Shown: positions 48,217-58,441 of the stretch, piece after piece
How positions within the stretch are numbered: position 1 is the first letter of the stretch
Layout: every line of letters begins with the position of its first letter
Virus record (IMG/VR): IMGVR_UViG_3300032309_002930
Location: 1 to 64,000 of that record
Reading direction: 5' to 3' (one strand)
Source: a virus
Length of the DNA: 64,000 nt
Notes under the pieces: generated by a model
The model's input: the letters and a program-made list of their open reading frames with translations, nothing else
Database searches by the model: none
Told to the model about the DNA's origin: nothing
Translations under genes and position numbers: made by a program

Positions 48217-49115
48217 ATATTCACGAAGTGTTAACCAATATAGGTTATTCACTTAAGGATTGCGGAAAAGAATATAGAACAAGACCAATCTATAGAGATA
48301 GCGACAATGATTCTGTTTTAAGAATTTATAAAGACTCTGGAAATTGGGTTGATTTCAAAGAGAATATAAGTGGCGATTTCGCTAGTTTAATTAAACTTAG
48401 TTTAAAATTAGAAACTCAAGATCAAGCAAAAACATGGTTAAAAGAAAAGAACTTCGTAGGAACTACAGTTCTTAAAGATGAAAAACCAAAGATTAAATCT
48501 GCAAAAACTTTTGATAAAGATTTACTTTTGAAACTTAAAAAAGATCATTCTTATTGGATTAATAGAGGAGTATCACAAGAAACTTTAAACTTGTTTTTAG
48601 GTGGAGTAGCCGATAATGGAAAGATGAAGAATAGATATGTATTTCCAATTCTTAATAGCAAAAAAGATATTGTGGGATTTTCTGGAAGAGATTTGAATTC
48701 TCAAAGCAAAATTAAATGGAAACATTTGGGAGAAAAAATTAATTGGTGTTATCCTTTATTTTTGAATATTGATGAAATTCAAACTTCTAAAGAAGTATTC
48801 TTAGTAGAAAGTATTGGTGATTGTTTATCTTTATGGGAATCTGGAATTAAAAATACTATAGTCACTTTTGGGTTAGAAGTTAGCGTATCAATTTTAAATG
48901 TTTTACTAAAAGTAGATCCTACTAAAATTTATATATCATTTAACAATGATCAAGAAAAGAATAGCGCTGGTAATATTGCAGCAGATAAAGCTTATAATAA
49001 ATTATTAAGATATTTTGATTCAAAACAATTAGAAATTAAATTACCATCCAAGAAAGATTTCGGGGAAATGAATACCGAAGAAATATTACAATGGCAGAAG
49101 AAACCAAAAATTTAA
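48201..49115 (+). CDS. DNA primase (TOPRIM)
   Basis: RYVFPI, GFSGR, LVESIGD, FNND, KDFGE. Confidence 0.85.
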   Translation: MESGINIHEVLTNIGYSLKDCGKEYRTRPIYRDSDNDSVLRIYKDSGNWVDFKENISGDFASLIKLSLKLETQDQAKTWLKEKNFVGTTVLKDEKPKIKSAKTFDKDLLLKLKKDHSYWINRGVSQETLNLFLGGVADNGKMKNRYVFPILNSKKDIVGFSGRDLNSQSKIKWKHLGEKINWCYPLFLNIDEIQTSKEVFLVESIGDCLSLWESGIKNTIVTFGLEVSVSILNVLLKVDPTKIYISFNNDQEKNSAGNIAADKAYNKLLRYFDSKQLEIKLPSKKDFGEMNTEEILQWQKKPKI

Positions 49116-50053
49116 AAGTTCTTTCAGCTTCTAGAATCAAAACTCTTGAAACCTGTTCTTGGGTTTACTGGAATAACTATCATACTAAAGTTCCACAATC
49201 TCAAAATGATGGAGCTTTAAGAGGAACTATTTGTCATACAGTTTTCGAATTACTTTTAAACAAAAGACATCTTAATAATTACAAAAGAATAATAAAAAAG
49301 AACGCAATTAATGGAGATAAAGGTGTTGATGCACTAGTTAAGAAATTAGCGAAAAAAGTTAAGCTAGATGATAGTAATTATAAATTATTAAATGATATGA
49401 TTTTGGTAGGTTTAAAGCATGATTTCTTTGGTGAAGCTGGAGATATAGTTAAACCAGAATATCCATTTGATATTGAAAGTCAAGAGCCTAAATATCGTAT
49501 CCGAGGTTTTATAGATAAGCCAATTAAAACCAAAAAAGAAATGCATATAATCGACTACAAGAGCTCCAAATATAAATTCAGGGGTGATGACCTTGAGGCT
49601 AATATTCAAGCTATGATGTATAGTCTAGCGAGTAAAAAATTATGGCCAAAATTAAAGCCTATTGTAAAGTTCTTATTTCTTAGATTTCCAAAGCAACCTA
49701 TTCAAGAATTAACTTTTACTGATGAGCAAATTACTGGATTTGAGCACTATTTAGAGCATATCAATGACTATGTTGATAAGTTTGATGAAAATTCTGCGAA
49801 AGCAAATTTTGCAATAGATAATGAAAAAAATAAATGGATGTGCAAAATAGGTGGCTGGAAATGTCCATATAAAGATCCTTATGAATATTATGTTAAATTA
49901 AATGACAAAGGCGAAGTAGTTGAAACAAGTTTAGAGGATAACTTTAAAGATGTTAAAGGATTTAAAGTAGAAACTAGAAAATATGAAGGTTGTCCAAAAT
50001 GGCCACAGCTTAAACAAGGTGAGAATCATGATGCTTTTGCTGATTTAAATTAG
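49091..50053 (+). CDS. PD-(D/E)XK RecB/Cas4-like exonuclease
   Basis: LSASRI..C, GTICH, RGFID, IIDYKS, Q..MY, C-x5-CPY. Confidence 0.85.
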   Translation: MAEETKNLKVLSASRIKTLETCSWVYWNNYHTKVPQSQNDGALRGTICHTVFELLLNKRHLNNYKRIIKKNAINGDKGVDALVKKLAKKVKLDDSNYKLLNDMILVGLKHDFFGEAGDIVKPEYPFDIESQEPKYRIRGFIDKPIKTKKEMHIIDYKSSKYKFRGDDLEANIQAMMYSLASKKLWPKLKPIVKFLFLRFPKQPIQELTFTDEQITGFEHYLEHINDYVDKFDENSAKANFAIDNEKNKWMCKIGGWKCPYKDPYEYYVKLNDKGEVVETSLEDNFKDVKGFKVETRKYEGCPKWPQLKQGENHDAFADLN

Positions 50054-50091
50054 CTATTGACACTATAATATATATTAATTATAATACCCAA

Positions 50092-50844
50092 ATGGAAGTA
50101 TTGCCATTATTTAAGTCTCATTTTAGTATTGGAAGATCTATTCTTACTCTTGAAGATGAAGAGAAAGAAGAAAATCAACCAGATTCTATTATAGATATAG
50201 CTAAAGATAATAATTTAAAAGAAGTTAATTTAGTTGAAGATAATATGACTTCGTTTTTGCAAGCTTATACTAATACTAAGAAGTATAATATTAACTTAAG
50301 ATATGGATTAAGAATTTCTATAAATGATGATATGAACGAAAGGTCAGAAGAGTCTCGCCAAAAAACTTCTAAAGTAGTTATATTTTTTAAAAATGAACAA
50401 GGCTACAAAGATTTAATTAAAATATTTTCAACCGCTGCAAAAGATGGTTTTTATTATGAACCAAGAATAGACTTCAAAACTTTAAAATCATTATGGAGCG
50501 ACAAGAATTTGCTATTATGTATTCCATTTTATGATTCTTTTATTTTTAACAATACATTAAGGAGTATGGTTTGTGTACCAGACTTAGAATTCACCAAACC
50601 AATATTATTTATTGAAAATAATAGCCTTCCATTTGATCATATTATTAAGAATAAAGTTTTAGCTTACGCCAAAGCTAATAAATTAGAAATGTTAAATACT
50701 AAAAGCATCTACTATAAAAATGGCAAGGATTTTAAAGCGTATTTAACCTTCAGATGTATTAATAATCGAACCACTTTAAATAAACCAGAATTATCACATA
50801 TGACCAGCAATCGATTTTCTTTTGAAAGCCTAAATATTAAATGA
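50092..50844 (+). CDS. stand-alone PHP domain of DNA polymerase III alpha
   Basis: KSHFSIGRS, KNEQGYKDLIKI.S, FYYEPRID. Confidence 0.82.
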   Translation: MEVLPLFKSHFSIGRSILTLEDEEKEENQPDSIIDIAKDNNLKEVNLVEDNMTSFLQAYTNTKKYNINLRYGLRISINDDMNERSEESRQKTSKVVIFFKNEQGYKDLIKIFSTAAKDGFYYEPRIDFKTLKSLWSDKNLLLCIPFYDSFIFNNTLRSMVCVPDLEFTKPILFIENNSLPFDHIIKNKVLAYAKANKLEMLNTKSIYYKNGKDFKAYLTFRCINNRTTLNKPELSHMTSNRFSFESLNIK

Positions 50845-51329
50845 ATAAAAAAGTAAATGAGTATGGCACTAAATGCCGACAAAGAGAAGATACAGAAGAT
50901 CGTCTTATAGACTATAGAAACTGGAAGTATAAACAAAAATATTTATGGACTACAGATTTAGACCAAATAGAATGGACCAAACAAAATGGCGAAGATATTC
51001 CAGTAGCAATTTTAGAAATGACCAGAATAGATAATGATTATTCAATACCACCAAATTCATATTTTGATAGCATAATAGAAAGAATGTTCACTAGAGATAC
51101 TCAAGGAAGAAAAGCCGTTATTTTAGCCGATAAATTAAATGTGCCAGCTTTTATTGTAGCTTATTTAAAAAATATGACTTACTTTATAATGTATGATATG
51201 AAAAAAAGAGATGGATGGAAAGTTTTAAATGAAGATGAATACATAGACTGGCATTATAAAATTAGAAATATAGAAAGACCTATTCAGAAAACTCAAATAG
51301 AAGAAGATCCTTTCGCGGATATAATTTAA
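50841..51329 (+). CDS. hypothetical protein, possible PD-(D/E)XK fold
   Basis: TDLDQIEW...AILEMT. Confidence 0.5.
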   Translation: MNKKVNEYGTKCRQREDTEDRLIDYRNWKYKQKYLWTTDLDQIEWTKQNGEDIPVAILEMTRIDNDYSIPPNSYFDSIIERMFTRDTQGRKAVILADKLNVPAFIVAYLKNMTYFIMYDMKKRDGWKVLNEDEYIDWHYKIRNIERPIQKTQIEEDPFADII

Positions 51330-51330
51330 T

Positions 51331-51969
51331 ATGGACGAGCATTTATTAAGATACGATAAAAGTAAAACTTTTGTTTTTATTGATTTAGAAACATTTAATC
51401 TTTGTTTGAATTTCTGCCATAATCTACCTTGGCAAATTGGAATGATAAAAGCTAAAGGTGATTTTAAAATTGATAGCAAGAATTTTTATATTAAATGGAA
51501 TACTGATTTAAAGATCAGTGATGATGCAGCGAGAATAACAAGATACGACCACAAGAAAGTGCAAAGAGAAGGTCTTGATATTAAAGAAGCGTTTCCCACA
51601 ATAAAAGATTGGTTAGATCATGCGGATTATATTGTTGGACATAATATTCTTGGTTTTGATATTTTCTTAATTAAAGAACTATATGAATCCATGGGTTGTC
51701 ATTGGGATCATTTAATGAATAAGATAATTGATACTAATTGCATGGCTAGAGGAATAAAATATGGAACTCCATATAAACCTAATACTGATTTATTAGAATA
51801 TCAATATAAAACGTATCATACAAAACGAAAAGATGTAAAAAGTAGCTTGACATTCCTTGGTAAAGAGAATAGTATAGATCATGACTATGATAAATTGCAT
51901 GATGCAATTAACGATCTTGACCTTAATTTAAAAGTTTGGAATAAATTAAAGTGGCAAATTGAGTTATAA
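51331..51969 (+). CDS. DEDDh 3'-5' exonuclease (DnaQ-like)
   Basis: FIDLET, GHNILGFD, HDAIND. Confidence 0.88.
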   Translation: MDEHLLRYDKSKTFVFIDLETFNLCLNFCHNLPWQIGMIKAKGDFKIDSKNFYIKWNTDLKISDDAARITRYDHKKVQREGLDIKEAFPTIKDWLDHADYIVGHNILGFDIFLIKELYESMGCHWDHLMNKIIDTNCMARGIKYGTPYKPNTDLLEYQYKTYHTKRKDVKSSLTFLGKENSIDHDYDKLHDAINDLDLNLKVWNKLKWQIEL

Positions 51970-51970
51970 T

Positions 51971-52192
51971 ATGGGATCTTTAGATGATGTATATGATTTG
52001 ACGCAAAAGCTAGAAGATAATGGCATAGAGTATCTTCTTATAACTGTTCAAAAGGGCAAAAAGCAAGGCAAAGCAGATGTATTCTTTCATTTAAAAGATA
52101 AGTCCTCTATGAGAATTCTGGCTACTGGATTATCGGCTTTTGACAAAGAAATAGATAAAATACAAAAAGAAGAGGAAGAAGATGACGAATAA
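51971..52192 (+). CDS. hypothetical protein
   Basis: Short acidic ORF overlapping the dnaE start. Confidence 0.55.
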   Translation: MGSLDDVYDLTQKLEDNGIEYLLITVQKGKKQGKADVFFHLKDKSSMRILATGLSAFDKEIDKIQKEEEEDDE

Positions 52193-54743
52193 AGATTTTA
52201 ATAGTTTATTTGATCAAGTAGATTTAGCTCTTTATGGAGTAAGACTTCCAGAGTTTAAAATTGATAATGAATACAAGCATGACTTAGAAGTAAGTGAAGA
52301 TGTATCAAATTACGAATTTCTTAGAGCATTAGCTTTAAAAGGTTTTAAAAAATTAAATCTTAAGAAAGACTCAGATTTATATAAAAAATATATTGAAAGA
52401 GCAAAGTACGAATTAGAAACTCTTAAAGAACTAGAGTTTATTGATTATATTATTTTGGTTTGGAGTGTTATTGATTATTGTAATAAGAACAATATTCCAG
52501 TTGGATTAGGTAGAGGTTCAGCAGCGGGTTCTCTGATATTATATCTAATCGGGGTTACTCAAATTGATCCAGTTAAATATGATCTTTATTTCGAAAGATT
52601 TATATCCAAGATTAGAGCTAAAAAGCAAGTCGTTGATGGAGTAACCTATTTGGATGGCAGTTTAATGTGTGACGTAGATTTGGATATTTGTTATTATAAT
52701 AGACATAAAGTTCTACAATACCTAGAAGAACAATTCAAAGGTAAGACTAGCAAGATTTTAACATTAAATACATTAAGCGGAAAATTATTGATTAAAGAGT
52801 GCGGAAAAATTGTTGGAGAAAAATCAGAACAAGAGATGACGGAAGTATCATCTTTGATTCCTAAAATCTTCGGACAAGTTAAAGATATCACTACAGCTTA
52901 TGACGATGTACCTAAATTTAAAGAATGGTGCGACAATAATAAAGATATTTATGCTATTGCTCTTAGACTAAGGAACTTAATTAAAAATAAAGGTGTTCAT
53001 CCATCTGGAGTTTTGTTGTCTTATAATGATCTAGAGAATTCTTGTCCAACTGAATTATCTGGAGATAAAGAAGCAGTATCAAGTTTTGACATGAGCTGGG
53101 TTTCATTATTTAATATTAAACTTGACATTCTAGGTTTAAGAAGCGTTTCTGTAGTAGATGACGTTTGTAAAAGTATTGGTAAAAAAATAACGGACATTGA
53201 TTTAAATGATGAATCGATCTATAGAAATCTACAAGATTTAAGAAATCCTCATGGTCTATTCCAGATTGAAGCGGAAACTAATTTTAAAGTTTGTCAAAAA
53301 GTTAAGCCCAAGAATCTAGAAGAATTAAGCGGAGTTTTAGCTTTAGCTAGACCTGGAGCTTTGCAATTTGCAGATAAATATGCTGCTCATACTAATTTTC
53401 AACAATCAGAAAGTATTCATCCATTCTTTGATGATATATTAAAAGATACTGGTGGAGTAGCTTTATACCAAGAGCAATTAATGAAGATGGCTAATAAGAT
53501 TGGATTCACGCTGGATGAAGCAGAAATCTTAAGAAGAATTGTAGGTAAAAAGAAAACAGAAGAAATTAAAGCTTGGAAGAAGAAGATTGAAGATAAGATT
53601 AAACAAAATAAACTTCCAAAAGAAGTAGGAGAAATCTTATGGAAAATCTTGGAGGATTCAGCAAACTATTCATTTAATAAATCGCATTCAATTGCTTATG
53701 CAGCTTTAGCCGCGATTACTATTTATTTGAAGTTTAATTATCCTCAACAATTCTTTTTGTCTCTATTAAAGATGACCAGAAACGAACCAGATCCAATTGG
53801 TGAAATATCTAAGATTCAAAAAGAAATGGGACATTTTGATATTAAATTATTAAAACCCCATATTATTAAATCTGAAATGGATTTCTCTATAGAAGGTTCA
53901 GATATCAGATTTGGACTATTATCAATTAAAGGCATTTCAGATAAATCAATTGAAAAGCTAAACGGATTTAGAAATAAGTATTCTAATAAGTTTGAAATTT
54001 TTCAAGCAGCAGAAGAAGCAGATCTTAATATTGGAGTATTGTGCTCCTTAATTCAAGCTGGAGCTTTAACTGGATTTAAACAATCTAGAAGTAAAATAGT
54101 ACTAGAAGCACAACTTTGGAATATATTAACAGCAAAAGAAAAGAAGTATTCGATTTCATTTGCAGAGCAATTTGATTATGATCTTATTAGAATTATTAAA
54201 CATTTAAATACATTTACTGATGAAAAAAATAAAGTTATAATTAAGAGTTCTAGATTAGATACAATTAAATCTAAATATGAACCTTACCTTAAAATCTACA
54301 ATCAAAATAGTAAAAGTGAAAGTTTCGCTAATTGGTATTATGAAAAGAGACTTTTAGGTTATACTTACGAAAGAACATTAAAAGATATTTTTCACGAAAA
54401 GAGAGAAGACTTATTGAGTATTAACGAAATACTTGATTCACCAGTTAATACAAAAATAGCATTGGTCGGAGAGATAACAGATGTATACTCTGGAACATCA
54501 AAGAATGAAAAGAAAACAAAATACTTAAGACTTAAAGTATCCGATGAAACTGGAGATATTACTGTATTATTATTTAACGATAAGATAGAAAATTGTAAAA
54601 CTCTTAATGGTAATAAAAATCCAGATGAAAAGAATATTGTAATAGTTAAGGGCATCAAAAAAGAAGATTGTATATTTGCTGATTTAGTGGCAATTCAAGA
54701 TCATGAAATATATATGAAATTAAGCGAAATTAAAAAGATTTGA
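52182..54743 (+). CDS. dnaE: DNA polymerase III alpha, catalytic part lacking PHP
   Basis: GRGSAAGSL, FERF, DVDLD, HPSG, KLDILGL, YQEQ, FNKSHS, C-terminal OB fold. Confidence 0.95.
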   Translation: MTNKDFNSLFDQVDLALYGVRLPEFKIDNEYKHDLEVSEDVSNYEFLRALALKGFKKLNLKKDSDLYKKYIERAKYELETLKELEFIDYIILVWSVIDYCNKNNIPVGLGRGSAAGSLILYLIGVTQIDPVKYDLYFERFISKIRAKKQVVDGVTYLDGSLMCDVDLDICYYNRHKVLQYLEEQFKGKTSKILTLNTLSGKLLIKECGKIVGEKSEQEMTEVSSLIPKIFGQVKDITTAYDDVPKFKEWCDNNKDIYAIALRLRNLIKNKGVHPSGVLLSYNDLENSCPTELSGDKEAVSSFDMSWVSLFNIKLDILGLRSVSVVDDVCKSIGKKITDIDLNDESIYRNLQDLRNPHGLFQIEAETNFKVCQKVKPKNLEELSGVLALARPGALQFADKYAAHTNFQQSESIHPFFDDILKDTGGVALYQEQLMKMANKIGFTLDEAEILRRIVGKKKTEEIKAWKKKIEDKIKQNKLPKEVGEILWKILEDSANYSFNKSHSIAYAALAAITIYLKFNYPQQFFLSLLKMTRNEPDPIGEISKIQKEMGHFDIKLLKPHIIKSEMDFSIEGSDIRFGLLSIKGISDKSIEKLNGFRNKYSNKFEIFQAAEEADLNIGVLCSLIQAGALTGFKQSRSKIVLEAQLWNILTAKEKKYSISFAEQFDYDLIRIIKHLNTFTDEKNKVIIKSSRLDTIKSKYEPYLKIYNQNSKSESFANWYYEKRLLGYTYERTLKDIFHEKREDLLSINEILDSPVNTKIALVGEITDVYSGTSKNEKKTKYLRLKVSDETGDITVLLFNDKIENCKTLNGNKNPDEKNIVIVKGIKKEDCIFADLVAIQDHEIYMKLSEIKKI

Positions 54744-54774
54744 CATTTTATTAAACATAATATATTATCACTAT

Positions 54775-55323
54775 ATGATATCATTCTACAAACCTAATAG
54801 TAAAAATACTGGAACTGCTTGCAGCTTTACAGTAAACTCAAAAGATGCTTCAATTTGGAGTTCATTAATTAAACAGTCTTCTTGGAATGAAGCCAAGAAA
54901 ATTGGTTCATTTTCTGAAAATCAAAATAACCCAAATAAAAGTGTTAAAATTAAATTTTCTCTAACAGAAGCCGCTGGCCTTTTAGATGCTCTAGAAAGAA
55001 ATAGTGAATTTTCAGCATACCATACATCAGAAAAACAATCCACACAAATTAAATTATCTCCTTATCTTCGAGATGATAAGCAAGTTGGATTCTCTTATAT
55101 GGTATCTAAAACAGATAAGCAAAATAGTGAAAATAAACAGTCATATCTAATTGGTTTTTATTTTAATGAAGCACGTTTATTGAAACAGTTTTTATCTTAC
55201 GCATTGGATTCTGTATTTGAATCTCAAAGAATAGAAACAATTAAAAAACTTAAAAATTCTAAAAAAGATAATGACGAAGATCAAAATGATACCAAAGTTG
55301 ATAATGATGGCGAGCTTTGGTAA
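54775..55323 (+). CDS. putative ssDNA-binding protein (Whirly/PC4-like)
   Basis: ISFYK, FSLTEAAGLL, F.AYH, EARLL..FL; acidic tail ending ELW. Confidence 0.45.
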   Translation: MISFYKPNSKNTGTACSFTVNSKDASIWSSLIKQSSWNEAKKIGSFSENQNNPNKSVKIKFSLTEAAGLLDALERNSEFSAYHTSEKQSTQIKLSPYLRDDKQVGFSYMVSKTDKQNSENKQSYLIGFYFNEARLLKQFLSYALDSVFESQRIETIKKLKNSKKDNDEDQNDTKVDNDGELW

Positions 55324-57245
55324 TGTCTAGAAAAAAGAAATTTTTATATCATTCTGATTTTGCTTTAGCTAAAACTGGCTTTGGCAGAGTATCGAAATCT
55401 CTTTTAACTTACTTATATAAAACTGGTAAATATGATATCGTACATTATTGCTGTGGTATGCAAGAAGGTAATGCTGATCTATCAAAAACACCTTGGAAAT
55501 CTTTAGGAACATTACCAAATTCTCAAGCCGAAATAGAGCAGCTAAACAAAGATCCTAATCAAGCTAGAATGGCTAGTTATGGATCTTATTATATAGATAA
55601 AATTATTGAAACTGAAAAACCAGATGTTTATGTTGCTGCTCAAGATATTTGGGGAGTAGATTATAGCATAGCAAAACCTTGGTTTAGCAAAATTAAATCA
55701 GCGATTTGGACAACTCTTGACTCTTTGCCAATATTACCATCAGCAGTTTCATGCGCTTCAAAATTAAAAAACTACTGGATTTGGAGCGATTTTGCTACAA
55801 AAGCCTTACATGATTTAGGTCATAAAGATGTAAAAACGATGCATGGTCCAATTGATATAAATAATTTTTATAGATTATCTGAGGATGAAAGAAAAAATTT
55901 AAGAATTAAAAATAATATTAATCCAAACGCTTTTATTATTGGTTTTGTTTTTAGAAATCAATTAAGGAAAAGTGTTCCAAATCTATTAGAAGGTTACGCC
56001 ATGTGGAAGGCAAGAAATCCAGAAGTTAAAAATACTTATTTGCTTTTACACACTCATTGGGGTGAAGGATGGAATATTTATAAATTAGCAGAGGAATATA
56101 ATATACCAAAACAAGAAATATTAACAACCTACGTTTGCAGAACTTGTGGTAATTATGAAATAAAAAATTTTACTGGACAAGAACTTAATTGCAAATTTTG
56201 TAAAGCTGAAAAATCTCAAATAACTACTAATGTAGGAATTGGAATTAGTGAAAAGCAACTTAATGAAGTTTATAATTTAATGGATGTATATTGCCATCCA
56301 TTTACAAGTGGTGGACAAGAAATACCAATTCAAGAAGCCAAATTGACAGAACTTATTACTTTAGTTACAAATTATAGTTGTGGAGAAGAAATGTGTCTAG
56401 AGGAAGCTAATTCGCTACCTTTAGATTGGGCAGAATATAGAGAACATGGTACAGAATTTAGGAAGGCTTCAACTTTACCAAGTTCTATAGCTAAACAATT
56501 ACAAAAAGTATGGAAAATGCCGATAGAAAAAAGAAGAGAAATAGGCAAAGAAGCGAGAGAATGGACAATAGATAATTATTCATCCGAAGTCATTGGTGAA
56601 AAATTTGAAGAATTTATAGATTCAGCGGATTTTGCTGATTATAGTGATATATCAGTACAGCCAGAACAGCAAGATCCTTTATGCAAAATTCCACTAATAC
56701 AAGATAATTCTGAATGGTTAAAAGCTTTATATGCTAAAATCTTAAAAAGACCAGAAGTAGATGAAAATGATGATGGCCATAAATATTGGATGCAAGAATT
56801 ATCAAAAGGACAAAAGCGAGAAGATATTGAAAATTACTTTAGACAAGTAGCTTGGCAAGAAAATCAAAAGAATAAAAAAATAGAGTTCAAAGATCTTTTA
56901 GATAAAGATGATGATGGCAAAAGAATTTTGTATGTTATACCAGAAGATGAATCTGATGTATTTATTAGTACTAGTTTATTTCCATCAATTAAAAGATTAT
57001 ATCCAGATTATAATTTATATGTTGCTACTAAAAATGAATATTTTGATATTTTAGATGGCAATAATAATGTTCATAAAGTTATACCTTTCGTTCCTCAAAT
57101 GGAAAATCAGATATGGTGTGAAGGTAATAAAGATTTCAAAGGCTATTTTGAAATTGCATTTTTACCTTATTTTGGAACACAAAAAATATTAAATTATCTT
57201 CATAATGGAAAAGATAAAATTGAATTTGATATAAAGAATTTTTAA
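55323..57245 (+). CDS. multidomain GT4 glycosyltransferase
   Basis: TGFGR, RNQLRK, CxxC..CxxC insert, SGGQEIPIQEA; GT9-like C-terminus. Confidence 0.8.
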   Translation: MSRKKKFLYHSDFALAKTGFGRVSKSLLTYLYKTGKYDIVHYCCGMQEGNADLSKTPWKSLGTLPNSQAEIEQLNKDPNQARMASYGSYYIDKIIETEKPDVYVAAQDIWGVDYSIAKPWFSKIKSAIWTTLDSLPILPSAVSCASKLKNYWIWSDFATKALHDLGHKDVKTMHGPIDINNFYRLSEDERKNLRIKNNINPNAFIIGFVFRNQLRKSVPNLLEGYAMWKARNPEVKNTYLLLHTHWGEGWNIYKLAEEYNIPKQEILTTYVCRTCGNYEIKNFTGQELNCKFCKAEKSQITTNVGIGISEKQLNEVYNLMDVYCHPFTSGGQEIPIQEAKLTELITLVTNYSCGEEMCLEEANSLPLDWAEYREHGTEFRKASTLPSSIAKQLQKVWKMPIEKRREIGKEAREWTIDNYSSEVIGEKFEEFIDSADFADYSDISVQPEQQDPLCKIPLIQDNSEWLKALYAKILKRPEVDENDDGHKYWMQELSKGQKREDIENYFRQVAWQENQKNKKIEFKDLLDKDDDGKRILYVIPEDESDVFISTSLFPSIKRLYPDYNLYVATKNEYFDILDGNNNVHKVIPFVPQMENQIWCEGNKDFKGYFEIAFLPYFGTQKILNYLHNGKDKIEFDIKNF

Positions 57246-57252
57246 TATATAT

Positions 57253-58413
57253 ATGCATGTTTTAGAAGCATTCGCTACATCTTCTGGTTTAAAAATATCA
57301 AAGCCATATATTTATGATAAATATTATCCTTTAAATTTTGAAAAATATATAATAATTGAAACAAATGATGCGAAATATCAATCTAGAAACTATGATTATT
57401 GGCAAGAAGTAATAAATTTAATTCTACCCAAATTAAGAGAAAACAATATAAATATTTTACAATTTTGTGGGCAAAATGATCCTAGATTAATCAATACTTA
57501 TACTATAGTTGGCTGTACTATTAACCAAAAAGCATATTTAATTAAAAACTCGATAGTTTATATAGGATCTAACTCACTTGGTTTACAATTAGCTTCAAAT
57601 TATAACAAAAAAATTGTAGGTTTATATGGTAATATTTACGCATCTCAAAATAAACCTTATTGGAGTAAAGAAGAAGATTTAACATTAATTCAAGCTTTTG
57701 ATGAAAAATCAAAACCATCATATGCTCCTCAAGAAAATCCAAAAGTTATAAATAATATAAAACCAGATGTTTTAGCTAGAGCAATTTTAAATAATTTAAA
57801 TATAAATTATAATATTAAAACTAAATTTTCTTCTATAGGTTTTGGATATATGAATAAAACAATAGAACTTGTACCAAATATGGTAGTTAATCCATCTTCT
57901 TTTGGCGCACCAAGTATCATCGTAAGAATGGACATCGAATTTAATGAAAACGCTTTACAAGCTCAATTGACACAAAGTAAATGCTTGATTATAACAAATA
58001 AAGTTATTTCAGAAAATTTAATAAAAAATTATAAATCAAACATTACTCAAATAGTTTATAAAATTGAAAAAGAAAATAATCCTTCATTTGTGAGTTTTCT
58101 TAAAAGTGAAAATATTAGTTTTGTATTAATTTCAGATTTATCAGAAGAAGAAATAAATAATATTAAAATTAATTATATGGATTTAGGTTTAATATTAAAA
58201 TTAAATCATAAAAATAAAAATGATTATGATTATAAAAATATAAAATACTATAAAAGTAATCATTTCATATTAAGCAGCAATAAATTATACATGAGCGAAG
58301 CTGCGGTGGAAAAAGATTTGCCAATCAAAGATTTTGATCAAAACACTCAAGAAATTATAGATACTGATAAATTTTGGAAATACGCAGATAATTATGCTTT
58401 TTTAGTTGACTAG
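57253..58413 (+). CDS. GT9-like protein
   Basis: RNYDYWQEV, YIGSNS..QLAS..KKIVGLYG. Confidence 0.6.
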   Translation: MHVLEAFATSSGLKISKPYIYDKYYPLNFEKYIIIETNDAKYQSRNYDYWQEVINLILPKLRENNINILQFCGQNDPRLINTYTIVGCTINQKAYLIKNSIVYIGSNSLGLQLASNYNKKIVGLYGNIYASQNKPYWSKEEDLTLIQAFDEKSKPSYAPQENPKVINNIKPDVLARAILNNLNINYNIKTKFSSIGFGYMNKTIELVPNMVVNPSSFGAPSIIVRMDIEFNENALQAQLTQSKCLIITNKVISENLIKNYKSNITQIVYKIEKENNPSFVSFLKSENISFVLISDLSEEEINNIKINYMDLGLILKLNHKNKNDYDYKNIKYYKSNHFILSSNKLYMSEAAVEKDLPIKDFDQNTQEIIDTDKFWKYADNYAFLVD

Positions 58414-58441
58414 TTTATATAAATAGATTATCATACTAATA

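Noticed and set aside
49091-50053. CRISPR-Cas system
   Set aside because: Solo Cas4/RecB-like nuclease; no repeat-spacer array or other cas genes seen
24325-54743. Inteins or introns in nrdA, nrdB, recA, dnaB or dnaE
   Set aside because: Lengths are normal or short; no splice-junction or LAGLIDADG motifs seen
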